64,000 nt of DNA from Octopus sinensis. Lineage: Eukaryota. The notes beneath the pieces were generated by a model that saw nothing but the letters and a program-made list of their open reading frames with translations, made no database searches and was not told the origin of the DNA. How positions within the stretch are numbered: the stretch's first letter is position 1; each line of letters opens with the position of its first letter. Where the stretch lies: assembly GCF_006345805.1 (NCBI RefSeq), contig NC_043013.1:19530001-19594000 (forward strand), read 5' to 3'. This document shows, in pieces, positions 1-12,033 of this stretch. The translations under genes were made by a program, and so were the position numbers.

Positions 1-59
1 TTTGTTATTTCCTCTCTATTATTAATAATATAATTAATAAAATAGTTATTTCAATATAA

Positions 60-1287
60 TTAGTCAGTAGTCTAATTGATATTGCATGCTTTCAATTTAC
101 TGTCGACTGCAGCTCTGTGGGTCATATATTTAGGATATGTATTGTTTTTATTTTGTTAGTTGTATTGTATTTAAAACACTCTGTGTATTATATGTACACT
201 TCCTAGTATTACTGTTTTCTCTATGTTGTGCATATATATAAATCCCAAGGCGTGTCTGCATGCTTTGTTTTCGTTTTCATCATATAAATAGCATTTCTTA
301 TTAGGATTGACAAGGCGGTGAATTGACAGAATCTTTAGCGCGCCGGATAAAATCCTTAGCGGAATTTCGTCCGTCTTCACGCCGAGGTCAAACTCGCCTA
401 ACGTCCTTTATGGCCAACGAAATAAATAACAGCTGAGCATTAGGGTCAATCAAATAAATACCAGCTGAATACTGGGGTCAATGTAATCGACTATCCACCC
501 ATACCCAAAATTTCATGCCTTGTGTCTTCACAGCCATTGTTGAGATTTTGCTTTGTTTATTTCTTTTGCGTTTAGTTTAAACCAGTATTTGTCATGAAGG
601 GTCTTTTCTTGCCATCGTTTTATCATGATTCGTTGCTGATCCAGTTTTAGTTTGAAATTCAGTTATTTTACAGCTTTTGTTGTTTGTTTTCTCTTTTTTT
701 TCTTAATAGTTGTTAGGTAGTATGACTTCTTGTCTGTATTTGTTAGCTTCCTTAAAGACTGCAAACAGTTTTTTTTTGTTTTGTTCGTATTTTGTGGTTA
801 TTTCTATCAATTTTGCTTCCTTCTCAATTAGATATTTTTGTAGTCCTATGCTTATTACTTGGCAATAGTTTTCTAGCTGTATCAGGCCTCTACCACCTTC
901 TATACGTTTTATATATAACCTTTCTCTGTCAGATTTTAGGTGGTGCATCCTAAATCCTGTCATTATTTTTCATGTTTTCCTGTCTATTTTGATTAGTTCA
1001 TTTAGAGTCAAGTTAAAAATATTGTAGCTGTATCTTATAACAGGGACGGTCAGAGCGTTGATACCTATTATCTTGTTTTCACATTGAGCTCTGTTTTCAG
1101 TATTAATCTAACTCGTCTATAGTATTCTTTTTTATTTTCTCTTTCATTTGCGTGTGTTGTATCGTATCTAGTTCATTGATTCCTAACTATTTGCATGTCA
1201 GGCTTTGGTCTAATTCTCATATTTCATTTGCTTTATCTAGTGTGCTGTTGCTATTTTTAACTAGATTTCCTCTTTCCAAGGTTGCTT
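60..1287 (-). mobile_element. 5'-truncated, internally deleted R4/Dong-clade (RLE-type) non-LTR retrotransposon fragment, interrupted by a SINE
   Basis: Minus-strand translation gives the post-RT region (KEKIKKEYYRRVRLILKTELN; HHLKSDRERLYIKRIEGGRGLIQLE, ORF 703-963; RWQEKTLHDKYW) and the C-terminal motif HNIEKTVILGSVHIIHRVF* (stop 171-173). This matches the IQKTALLGAARILRRVLSL* end of the element at 1798-4290. Stops and frameshifts present. Confidence 0.75.
312..530 (+). mobile_element. Degenerate SINE, family A (AAGGCGGCGAGCTGGCAG-headed)
   Basis: Aligns by eye to the well-preserved copies at 48822-49050 and 35198-35431 (aaggcgg...cagaatc.ttagc.cgccgg..aaat; gccgaggtc; actggggtc.atgtaatcgact). 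Confidence 0.65.
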
Positions 1288-1309
1288 TATTATTATTATT
1301 ATTATTATT

Positions 1310-1578
1310 GAGTGAGAGAGCAGTTCATGCCATCAAAGTGACACTGGGTAAAATATACGAAGCCCAATATACCCATCATGACTACCCGTCTGATAAGGGT
1401 ACACCAGGCACATGCATCACAACCATATGTGCGCGACATGGTGATCTCATATCAAGATAAATAGCGCATGACCTTGCAGGTGGGGCCCAGTTAGAATTTT
1501 CTTCAGGTTGAGTAGCCCATCCCGCTCAAAAGGTACCTGAATAAGGGTTGTTTAAGGATGTTGAAAGAACCACCCATG

Positions 1579-1580
<2 letters not shown>
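1310..1580 (-). mobile_element. ~270-bp putative non-autonomous retroposon flanked on both sides by (TAA)n
   Basis: Non-coding, GC-richer block bounded exactly by ATT arrays (1288-1309 and from 1581). I recall it as a high-copy octopus repeat, but only one copy is in this window. Confidence 0.5.
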
Positions 1581-1641
<61 letters not shown>

Positions 1642-1736
1642 GTTGTTGTTATTGTTGTTGTTGTTGTTGTTGTTGTGGTTGTTGATGATGTTGTTGTCGT
1701 TGTTGTTGTTGGTCTTTTTCTTCTTTTTGTTGTTGC

Positions 1737-1787
<51 letters not shown>

Positions 1788-1797
1788 CATCATTATT
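1581..1797. repeat. Compound (ATT)n/(GTT)n/(ATT)n microsatellite
   Basis: Directly visible; it is the source of the poly-I/V/N/T spurious ORFs. Confidence 0.97.
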
Positions 1798-4290
1798 AAA
1801 AACTCTCGGATAGTTCTTAATTTCCGGTTGTTCTTTACTTGAATGCAATAACAAATCACCAAAGGTTTCAAGTAGTGCCTTCTCCTCTAACTCAAAGAGA
1901 CAATACTCTCCTTAGAATGCGAGCTGCACCCAACAATGCTGTCTTCTGGATCACTTCGATCCTGACAGCAGCTCCAATATTTTTTATATGTTTTTCAAAG
2001 CTTTTGGAAACTGCTCCCAAGGCCCCATTTACCACCGGTATCACCATTACTTTACTCATGCCCCATAACTTTCCGATCTTACCCCACATTGGCTAATATT
2101 CCTCACTCTTTTCTGTTTCCTTATATTTCACCCCCGGATCACTTGGTATTGCAACAATTATGATCTTTGCTTCTTTTTCATCTTTACGGATGATCACGAT
2201 ATCTGGCCGTCTCACCTTACTAACTTAGTCGCATTGTATGTTAAAATCCCAGAGTATTTTGTAATGTTCGTTTTCCATGACTCCCTCTGGTTTGTGTTCA
2301 TACCATTGTTCAGCTCTCTCGAGGCTTGTTTTACCGCACAACAGCCTGTGGACATATCTGGCAATATTCTTATGTCTCCTTCTGTATTCGCGTTGTGCGA
2401 GCTTACAGCACTCACTAACAATATGGCTTATACATTCTCCCTTCTCATAGCACATACTGCTCTATGGCGAGTCAGTGCTTTTATCAATGTGATATTTGGA
2501 GCAGTTTGTTCTGAGAGCTTGTTCTTGATCACTGCACACTAATGCTTCAATGGGCCCTTTTAAGTCTCATTTCTGCAGTCATTGCCAGGTCTATTCCAAT
2601 CAATCTCATCTTTATTCTTCAAGAACTGACTGTGCATTTTCTTGTCCTGCCAAATTTTCTTCATCTGTCTCTCAGACTGGATCTACGGCTTCGTTCACTT
2701 TTAAGGTTTCCTGCACTTTCTCTGCTTCAATCATTTCTTCTTTACTCCCCTTGATATACCAGGCCAAGCTATTCTCCTCTTCCGTTATGCAACCTTCATA
2801 ACACACCAATCCCATCACATTTGGGGCGTAGTTCCTTGTTCATTGCCATTAATTTACGTGTTTCCCGGTCTATCTCTTGTAACTGATTCTTCTTCCAAGA
2901 TACTTTTCCTGCCCATATCTCCTCAAAGCAACCGCTCACGTGTTAATTGCTCTAATCTTATAGCGGCCATTTAGCTTCGATTGGAGCACAAGCCGAGTTC
3001 TCCTCAAATACTCTTTCATGTACATTTCTTTCATCTTGTGTTCATTCATCTTATCTCTTTCTATGATACCCAGCAACTTAAATCATTCCTCTGTGACTTC
3101 CTTTATAGTTTCGCCACTTTCCAGCTTGATCCCATGGCTTTTACTGGTTTTCACTCTTTTGAGAATCATTACACCACATTTCTCGATCCCAAATTCCATG
3201 CCAATATTTTTGCAAATCATCTGCATAGTTGCCGTCAAAGTCTCAATTTCTTTCTCAGTCTTAACAAATAGCTTTAGGTCATCCATAAACTACAGGTTGT
3301 TTACTTTCACTCTGCCTAGCATGTACCCCCCACACATCTTTCTTAAAACGCTGGTTAGTGGCAGTATGCAGACAACAAATAGGTGAGGTGGCAGACTGTC
3401 CCCTTGAAAGATTCTTCTTTTGATATTTACCTCCCACAGCTTATCTCCCAATGCTGTGAGTTCAGTTCGCCACGTTGCCATAGAGTTTTATATTAACTTC
3501 AGGATATTTTGGGAGACCTGAAGCAGTTTAAGGCATTTAATAATCCACGATTGTGGGACCATGTCATATGCTTTCCTGTAGTCAACCAGTGCCATCGCCA
3601 AATTTTTGTGTCCCTTCTTGCTGTCAGCCAGGATAGTCTTATCGAATATTAATTGATGCTTTGTTCCTCTGCTCTTACCTCTACACCCTTTTTGTTCCAC
3701 CGGTAGTAGGTCGTTCTCATCTAGGTACTTACATATGATGTTCGATATGATATGCGTCATTAGTTTCTACATCAGTGGCAAACAAGTTATTGGTCGGAAA
3801 CTTTCAACCGCGCTCTCTATACTTGGGTCATTCTGGTAAAGTGCCGTTCTTCCTTTTGTCATCCAGGCCGGTGCTTGGATGTCACTACTCAGTATTTCGT
3901 CCAGATGTTTCAGAATTCTCCTGTGCAGGGCTGTCAAGTTTTTACGCCAAAAGCCCTGAACCCCACCTGGGCCAGGCGTTTTCCAGTTGGGATCTTCTAC
4001 ACTCTTCTCTAATCATCTCATCGGTTATTCTCAAATCCTCTTGCTGATGCCCTCCACTATCCTCTTTGAGTGCCTTTAAACATCCTGCTTCAGTTTCGTG
4101 TTGTCTCTCCTGAGACCATATGTTTGCCCAGAATTCTTTGCTTCCTCAGCATCCGACATGGCTTTTTCACTTTTTTCTTTCCCATCCAGTTCCAGATAGA
4201 CTCGTTTCTGATTTTGTTCGAAAAGTCTGTTTAATTTGTACTGCTCTATTTTCTGTTCATATCTCTTTAGTTGTTGTGCTTTATGCGTTG
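1798..4290 (-). mobile_element. 5'-truncated R4/Dong-clade non-LTR retrotransposon (RT, CCHC finger, restriction-like endonuclease), pseudogenised
   Basis: RT motifs EQKGCR, DYRKAYDMVP, IFQGDSL, FMDDLKLF, FGIEKC; zinc knuckle region EKGECISHIVSEC..LAQREY.RRH; RLE region KILWDFNIQCD followed by a PD..motif; C-terminus VIPVVNGALG...IQKTALLGAARILRRVLSL* (stop 1892). The short 3' UTR runs straight into (TAA)n. Many stops and frameshifts. Confidence 0.88.
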
Positions 4291-4762
4291 TCACAATATA
4301 AAATTATTAGAATGGCCAAGCCAGTCACCTGACTTGAACCCCATTGAAAATTCGTGGCGTTATTTGAAAATTAAAATTCATTCAAGAGGCCCAACGTGCA
4401 TTGCAGATTTGAAGAAAATTTGTCAAGAAGAATTGGTAAAAATTCCTAAAGAAACATGCAAGTCATTAATTAAGGATTACAAGAAGAGATTGGTTGAAGA
4501 AGTGGAACTGAATAATGGTTATGATACGAAGTTATTTTTATCAGTTATTTAATTTCTGTACGAATACTTTTTTCACCCCTAAATATTTATAATTGTATAT
4601 AAATTCATTAGTTACTATAATTTATTAGTTTCTTTTGTATATTCTTAGTTTATGCATGTGTATGCAAATATAGCATTGGTATATCCCATTCATGTTCAAT
4701 AGAAATTAAATAAATAAAGAATTTTGACATGTACGAATATTTATTTCCCCCCCCCCACTGTA
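4291..4762 (+). mobile_element. 3' end of a Tc1-like DNA transposon (transposase C-terminus plus right IR/DR-type terminal repeat)
   Basis: LEWPSQSPDLNPIENSW is the Tc1 catalytic E motif. The end is ...CCCCACTG|TA at 4760-4762. The motif tgtacgaata.tt.tttc.cccc occurs at both ~4558 and ~4731, as in IR/DR Tc1 elements. Confidence 0.85.
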
Positions 4763-5559
4763 TATAATGCTGTTTCTAAATGAAGCGGTTCGCTTCTTTA
4801 GTTTTATGTTAATTTTCGCTAATTCGTTTAGCAACCAGTTTCCCGATATGTTTATAACCTCATACTGGCACAAATAGCAAGTTTATGTCTGTTAACTTAT
4901 AAATATTTCGCTTTACCTTTGAGTATAATGAGTCAAAAATATTCCTATCTAAACTTTTCTTTCTTCTCTATTTACCGTACACTACCCAGAGCACACATTC
5001 TCCATTTGCCTTTACGTTCTGTTCACCTTGTTTACCTGCTATGATATAGTATGATATTAGCTTGATATCGATCTGATATTAGTATGACATTAGTCTTTTT
5101 GATGTATTTCCTTTGAAATCGCATTGGAAAAATTTTCTAATAGAAATCGCACATCAACTTATTTAGTAACTCCATTAACCAAGCAAAAGCATAAGCTAAT
5201 AACACGAAGCATGGGAAGACACTTGACTTAGGAGTGTCAGAATATGTTAGCGTTGTGTGACAGTCGTACCAAATCATCTCTTCTGATTGCCTCCCCCTCC
5301 CCCAACCATTTCGGGTATGCTATTCTTGCCCCTATTTTTGTTCTGCACACATTGTTCTGCAAATTATTAGTTCTATACGAAATTGCTTCCATGGGTATTG
5401 GTGAATCCACCATTTTACACCAAGTAAAGTGCTCCAAAGTTTTCCTTCTGTTGTTTTCCATGTTTCGCTATTCTCCAAGACTTGCAGACTTAGTCCTCTT
5501 CCTCCACCCTCTTTCCCCTTCCACATCCGCCTCTTACACGCCTCCCTTGTTGTTGTTGT

Positions 5560-5909
5560 TGTTCTTCATTTTCTTCATCTTCATTACCATCTTCTTCATC
5601 TTCATTACCATCTTCTTCTGCTTTTTCTTCTTTTTCTTCTTCTTCTTCTTCTTCTTCTTCTTCTTCTTCTTCTTCTTCTTCTTCTTCTTCGTCTTCTCCT
5701 TCCTCGTTTTCTTCTTCATTTCTTGTTCTTGCTGCTTCTGCCCTTCTTGTTGTCGCTGCTATCGTTACTGTCGTGTGACCTAAAACATAAGCACGACACC
5801 AGATTTGAAGTCATGATCGACAAAATACAAAAAAAGATACAATACTGGCGACACAATTCATATTCTACACAATATAATTCAATAGAATACAATCTCAGAT
5901 GTATATATG

Positions 5910-5970
<61 letters not shown>

Positions 5971-5998
5971 TATATATATATTTATATAAATATTTAAA

Positions 5999-6035
<37 letters not shown>
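5560..6035. repeat. (TTC)n/(TTCATC)n tract (5560-5735) and (TA)n tract (~5900-6035)
   Basis: Directly visible simple repeats. Confidence 0.95.
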
Positions 6036-6039
<4 letters not shown>

Positions 6040-6256
6040 ATATATGCATATCTATGGAAAAAGAGAGAAAGAGAGAGGGAGAGAGATGTACATACATATA
6101 TTTACACACACACACACACATATATAGACATATGGACATACATATGTATCTGTGTACGAACCACATTGTCAAGTATATACATGGAACAATAAATTTGATT
6201 ATATAAATAAGGTCTGAATGAAATGCCATAAAAATTATCAAAAGCTGAGACAACAC

Positions 6257-6440
<184 letters not shown>

Positions 6441-6636
6441 TGATGTGATGTCGTTTCAGCTCCGAAGGTAATCATTTATTTTGACTATTTATAGGCCAAT
6501 TTTTGTGTAGATTTTTGCAAATAAGGTGTGTAAGGCAACCAACTTTCATTTGAGTGCTTTTCCAAGGGAGGAATTCGCCCCTAGGGGCAGTTTCGACCCC
6601 ATTTAATTTCTGTTATTTTCTTCTCGACATTAGAAA

Positions 6637-8518
6637 ATGTCTAGAAATTTTATTGTTGAACGCTGGTCGCGTTCTTTTATGGAACAACATTTTCCTAGTC
6701 TGGAAACGACAGAGAAAAAAAAAGAACGTTCGCACGGAAAATGCCAACGTAAAATTCGGTGAAATGAACGCTGCAACCACGTGCGTTAACAGCCCTGTCA
6801 CCACCGCCACCACCACCACCACTAACAACAGCAACCACGAGACAACAACTGCTACCACCACCAACTCCACCCCCACCACCAGCACCACTACCACGACCAA
6901 CATAAATGATAAAAATAAAACTGAAACGAAAACTATTGACAAAAACAACAGCAACAACAAGGACAAAAATAAAAATGAACTATCTAATAGTGAAGATGCC
7001 AATACAAAAAAGTCAACAACAGTAAATTTCGCAGATATTCTTCGCCAGAAAAAGGAGATTGTTACATTCACAAATGAAGAGCTCATAGAAACAAGAGCTC
7101 TCTTTACAACCCGTGGACAAGATTTAGTCCTGCATACACCTCAACATATAAAACAAGAAATAGAAAATAAGACAATTGTATATAAAATTATTAGAAAAAA
7201 CAAAAACCAAATGAACAGATTACAAAAACTGATGTGTGAAATGTTTAAAAAACATAATGAAAGAAAAAGAGTATATAAACTGGGGTCCCCAGTTTAACAC
7301 AGTAGTGGTCCGCTTCCCTAACCAGGAAGTGGCAAAAGCTCACTCTACTGAGTCTCTGGGAATGATGAAATCATCATGGACCCTTATTATAAAAACCAGA
7401 GGGTGAGTAGAATTACTATCAGAAATGTACCCCCCGATATGCCGAACAAATGGATAACAGGGGCAATCTGTTACCACTTGAAAAAGATCAATATTCTAGA
7501 AACAGCCGTGTACCTAAACGACAATTGGGGTGGAAAAACAGTAGTAGTGACCATCCAGATTGAGGGGGCCTCTATCGAGAGCCTACCCGACAAGATATAC
7601 TTGGAGAATGGGCAATGCCTATATGTTATGGCAGAAGGCAAAAAGCCTAGATGCTACAAATGTGGCAGCCCCGAACATTTGATTGCCAAGTGCGATCTGG
7701 TACAGAAAAAACAAGAAAGAACAATTCAGAAAACAAATAAAATCCCTTTGTTGCCAACACCAACACCAACACACTCAATTATGGAACAACGCCAAGAAAA
7801 ACAACAAACCAGCAAACAAACCCCAACAACATCACCAAGAAAAACAGTACCAACACAATCACCGTTGACGTCACAACCAATTAAACTTGTTGAATCTTCA
7901 AAAAATCGACCCACACCCACACCCAGGACGACAATTAAAAAGACAGCAAACACTGACGAGAAGACAAATGCTACCCCTAACACCACAACAACACAAACAC
8001 CGCACAAAACATCAACAATTTATACAAGCATACATAGTGATCCTGTTCTTTTTCCTCTACCCCATACTGATACCTCGGACGACGAAAGTTCGACGGAATG
8101 GCAAATAGCCACAGGGGGTAAAAGAAAAAGATCAAAAAAATCCACCAAACAAGGAATTAAAGCAGGGAGATATCTAACTCAGGACAACATCCCCCTAGAC
8201 AATCAAAAAAGTAATGAACCCGTAAAACCACACACACAACTAACTGCAATAGACACAGACAATAAAGAATTAATGGACTACATCAAATCTAACATGGTCG
8301 TCTGTGAAGATGACTTTAAGACAAACAATCATCCGCACACCACACCACCGAAACACATCAGAATTTTACACATAACACAAGCACAACACCACATACTGAA
8401 AACAACATTTCCGAATGCGGTAGGCGGGTATCAACGATACCTGTCGAAAAAACTATACAAACACCTCATCAAAAACGATACAAAAGAAGAAGAAGAAAAA
8501 ATGAAACTTTTAAAATGA
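6637..8518 (+). pseudogene. Tx1 ORF1 (gag-like nucleic-acid-binding protein), disrupted by frameshifts
   Basis: Segments 6764-7297 and 7376-8518 join through frameshifts near 7290-7360 (..QFNTVVVRFPNQEVAKAHSTESL..IMDPYY..). Zinc knuckle CYKCGSPEHLIAKC (CX2CX4HX4C) at ~7650-7695; T/P/K-rich linkers. ATG 6637 joins the frame if the A9 run at 6715-6723 is read as A8 (inference); otherwise the start is 6764. Confidence 0.82.
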
Positions 8519-8583
8519 GTAAGTGACCTCACTTCTTGCCTCTTGTCTCTTCTAATATAGTGTGTAAAACACAATTTTCGTAA

Positions 8584-11500
8584 ATGTCAAGTATGCTTAA
8601 ATTAGGTTGTGTGAATGCGCGTGGCTTGGCGTCGGCTTGGAAGCAAGGTTACCTTCTAAACGACATCAAGTCACTGGACGTGGATATAGTAGCTATCAGT
8701 GAAACCAGACTCAGTACGCCGCGGGCCCTCGAGTCCATGTTTGGCAATCAATTTGACATTTATTTTTCTCCCTGTCTGCCGAACATGGGTGGTGGAGGTA
8801 CTGCGGTGCTTTTTCGAAAGAGTCTAGAGGTAAAAGTAAGAGCAATATTCCTAGACCCGGAGGGTAGGCTGGTTGTCTTGGACGTGGATGGCAGAAATGG
8901 GTGTGCATTCCGTCTGATGGCAGTTTATGCACCGTCCTTAACGGGTCGGGCGGATTTCTTCAGACGTCTAGAGGTTTTCCTGGGTACGTCTAGACCTTTA
9001 CTGTTAGTAGGGGATTGGAACGCTACCTTGGACACGCATATAGATTATGTGGGAAGGGATAGGAATAGAAGGGGGTGTAAGAGCCTCAAAGACTTGCTCA
9101 GACGTTTCCATTTGTCTGACAGGTTCCGATTCGACCATCCGAACGTGCCAACGTGGACTTGGACAAACCGCGTCGGATCGTCGAGATCTTATCTAGATAG
9201 AATTCTATGCAGGATAGCGGATAGGGATAGTGTAGGATGTCCACAATTTAAAATAGTCAGCTACACAGATCACAAATTTGTTACGTGTACGCTCGACTTA
9301 GATAAAACACATAGGCAGGGTCCCGGTTACTGGAAACTGAACACGTCGCTGTTAGCGCGACAGGTTTACAGGAACCGGATTAGCGAGTTAATTAAGAGGG
9401 CGCTGACGGGAGCGATCGTTAACAACCGCTGGTGGTACGCCCTGAAAATGGCAATAAAATCGGAATCAATTAGGTTTAGCAAGGAATTAGCGATAGAACG
9501 AAATAGAGTAGAGGGAGACTTAGTTAAGAAACTAGAAGAGGCACTTACCACTGGCAGCGCAACCAACGTGCTGGCTGCGAGGATGGCCCTCGACCAACAC
9601 CTCAACGCCAAGCACGAAGGTTGCGTCGTCAGAGCTAAAATGCGTGCCTTAAGGAACGAAGGGATTGAAGCTGCGCGAGAGGCCCGGGTAGCGGAGGCGC
9701 AGCGTGGCAACAGATCAACCATTCGGTCTCTAATAGATCAACAGGGATGCAGTTTACTCGAACCCGAAAGGATGTGTGAGGCCTTTCAACAGCACTTTGC
9801 TCGACTGTTTGGTGCGAGTGGTGGGTCGGAACGAGGGATGGATTTCAGTGCCTACCTGACCGACCTGCCGCGGCTCTCGGCAAGAGAAGCGGAGTGTTGT
9901 GAAAGTCCCATCACAGCCGCTGACGTGTGGGATGCGATGGCGGGCTGCGCGAGGGATAAGTCGCCTGGATTGGATGGTTTACCCTACGAGCTGTATTGTC
10001 GAATGCCAGACTTGTTTGGCGACCTCTTGGCATCAGTCTACTGCAACTGGCAACAAAACGGGAGAATCCCCGGTTTCGCGAGCCGAGGTGCAGTGACGTT
10101 GCTGAAGAAAGACTCAAACAAGGGGAATTTTATAGATAATTTCAGGCCCATCACTCTGCTCAACGCAGATTTGAAAATTTTGGCCAAAGTAATAGCCGAG
10201 AGGTTGGCGCTTGTCAATGGTAAACTGGTCGACAGGGCGCAAACATGCGCCGTGCCGGGCAGAACCATACATGACAACCTCCATCTGATGCGCTACATTG
10301 TGGACAGGGTAGTTAAGGATCCTGGCATGGGTGGGGCGCTGATAAATTTGGATCAGTCTAAAGCCTTCGATAGGGTCGACCATCGGTACTTGGCGGCCGT
10401 CCTCAGGGCGGCTGGCTTCGGTCCCGTCTTCCGCGGTTGGATCGCTGCCTTGTATAGCGGCATCCGATCGGTGATTCGGGTGAACGGTCACCTGTCGAAA
10501 CCGTTTGACATCACGCGTTCGGTCCGTCAGGGGTGTCCCCTGTCGGCGCTTCTGTATGTATTGACTCTCGAGCCGCTACTGCGGAAGCTGGCGACACTGA
10601 GGGGCATCCCACGGGAACTGGGTTGCGGGACGAGCGTGTCGGCATATGCGGACGATGTCACCGTCATAGTGTCGAGCTACCAGCACATCGAGCTGGTCGG
10701 CGAGACACTAAGAAAATATGAAACGGTGACGGGAGCAAAGATTAACCCGGAAAAGTCAGTGGGTTTGCTACTCTCGGCACCTGGAGAAGCAAGCCCATGC
10801 CGTCCGACTGCGGCTCAGTAGTGGGACGCTGGACGGACGGACGGTTAAATTGCTCGGGGTCTGGTTCAGTCCGGACCTCCAAATGGATAAGAACTGGGAC
10901 GAGATCACGAGTAGAGTGGTCGCTCTCAGCCAAACATGGGCCGAGAGAAAGCTGTCTCTAAAAGGCCGGGCGGAGGTGGCGAACGCGTACATCGCATCCG
11001 TCATCGATTACCGCCTGACCGTCGTACCTTGTCCCGACGCCACCATCACCAAACTGGAACGCATACTCTTCCGCTTCCTGGGAAGGGTGGCGTTCCGATG
11101 GTGAGGAAGTCCATTTGCTGTCAACATCCGTTGAATGGAGGACTGGGCATGCCGTGGTTGATGATGCGCAGGCATGCGCTGAGACTGCGACATCTCTGGA
11201 AATTCATCGACGACGGTGAACAGGTGTGGGCGCCGTTTGTGAGGCGCGACTTCCCGCAGCTCGTCTCACTGACCGAACTGCAAACGTGGATCAAAAAGAG
11301 ACCGAAACTGGGCGATTGGCACCGAGAGTGTCGCCAAGCTCTACAGCAGCTCTGCCGACCGGGGTCAAACTTGTGCAACTTCCAAACGACTAAAGCGTTC
11401 TATAGAGGACTAGTGGAGGGGAGGTCCGACGACACACTCGGGGCAAACCTGGGCGTCGACGAGGAATTCCTAACCCGCCTGTTCAGGACGACGTTCGGGC

Positions 11501-12033
11501 CGGGGCCTATGGATAACTTCCAGAAATCCCTGGCTTGGCAGTGCTATCGAGACGCACTACCTGTTCGAGAGAAGAGCTACAGACACGGTTCGAAAACCAT
11601 CACCGGACCGACCTGCCCGAGATGCGGTCAGAGCGACGAAACCGTTCTGCACGCACTCGTGCAGTGTCCAGATATTTCAGAGTTGTGGTCCTTCGTCGAA
11701 CAGCTGTTGTCACGTGTAGGTCAGGCTCGCCTATCGGCCGAGTCTATCGTGAATATTGTTCCACCACCTTCCTTTAAACGGGAAGGGAAAACGGTTTTCG
11801 TTACGCTGATGGCTATGGCGAAAGAATGTGTGTGGTGGACGCGTTTGAAAGGACTGCAAACAAACACCTTCCTCTCTGGTCAGTCTCTCGTCAACTTTTT
11901 CAAGTACCACTTGAAAAGGAGGATGAGAATAGAGAGGAAGGCTTTGTCGAACGAATGTTTTAATAAAAAGTGGGTAAAAGTGGCAAAAATGGTCAGTATG
12001 AAAGACGACACTATTTTAAGCATAAATCTGTAA
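8584..12033 (+). pseudogene. Tx1 ORF2: AP-endonuclease, reverse transcriptase and zf-RVT; frameshifted near 10790-10850 and ~11085
   Basis: APE motifs (NARGL, ISET, VYAP, GDWN, SYLDRI, TDH); GPGYWKLN; KSPGLDGLP; FRPITLLNADLKILAK; DQSKAFDRVDH; VRQGCPLSALLY; YADD (~10644-10655); KGRAEVAN; GGLG; CPRC..DETVLHALVQC. Confidence 0.93.

Noticed and set aside
1503-1871. Poly-I/V/N/T ORFs, and the many YI/IY/LSIY/CV/HT-repeat ORFs across the window
   Set aside because: They are translations of (ATT)n, (TA)n, (TATC)n and (CA)n microsatellites, which lack stops in some frames.
6637-6762. 41-aa upstream ORF in the Tx1 5' region
   Set aside because: Deleting one A from the A9 run at 6715-6723 fuses it to ORF1, so slippage in a dead copy is the simpler explanation; needs the family consensus to settle.
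6554-7297. 247-aa ORF as an independent gene
   Set aside because: It is the N-terminal part of Tx1 ORF1, separated from 7376-8518 by frameshifts; its listed start is a GTG in the 5' UTR.
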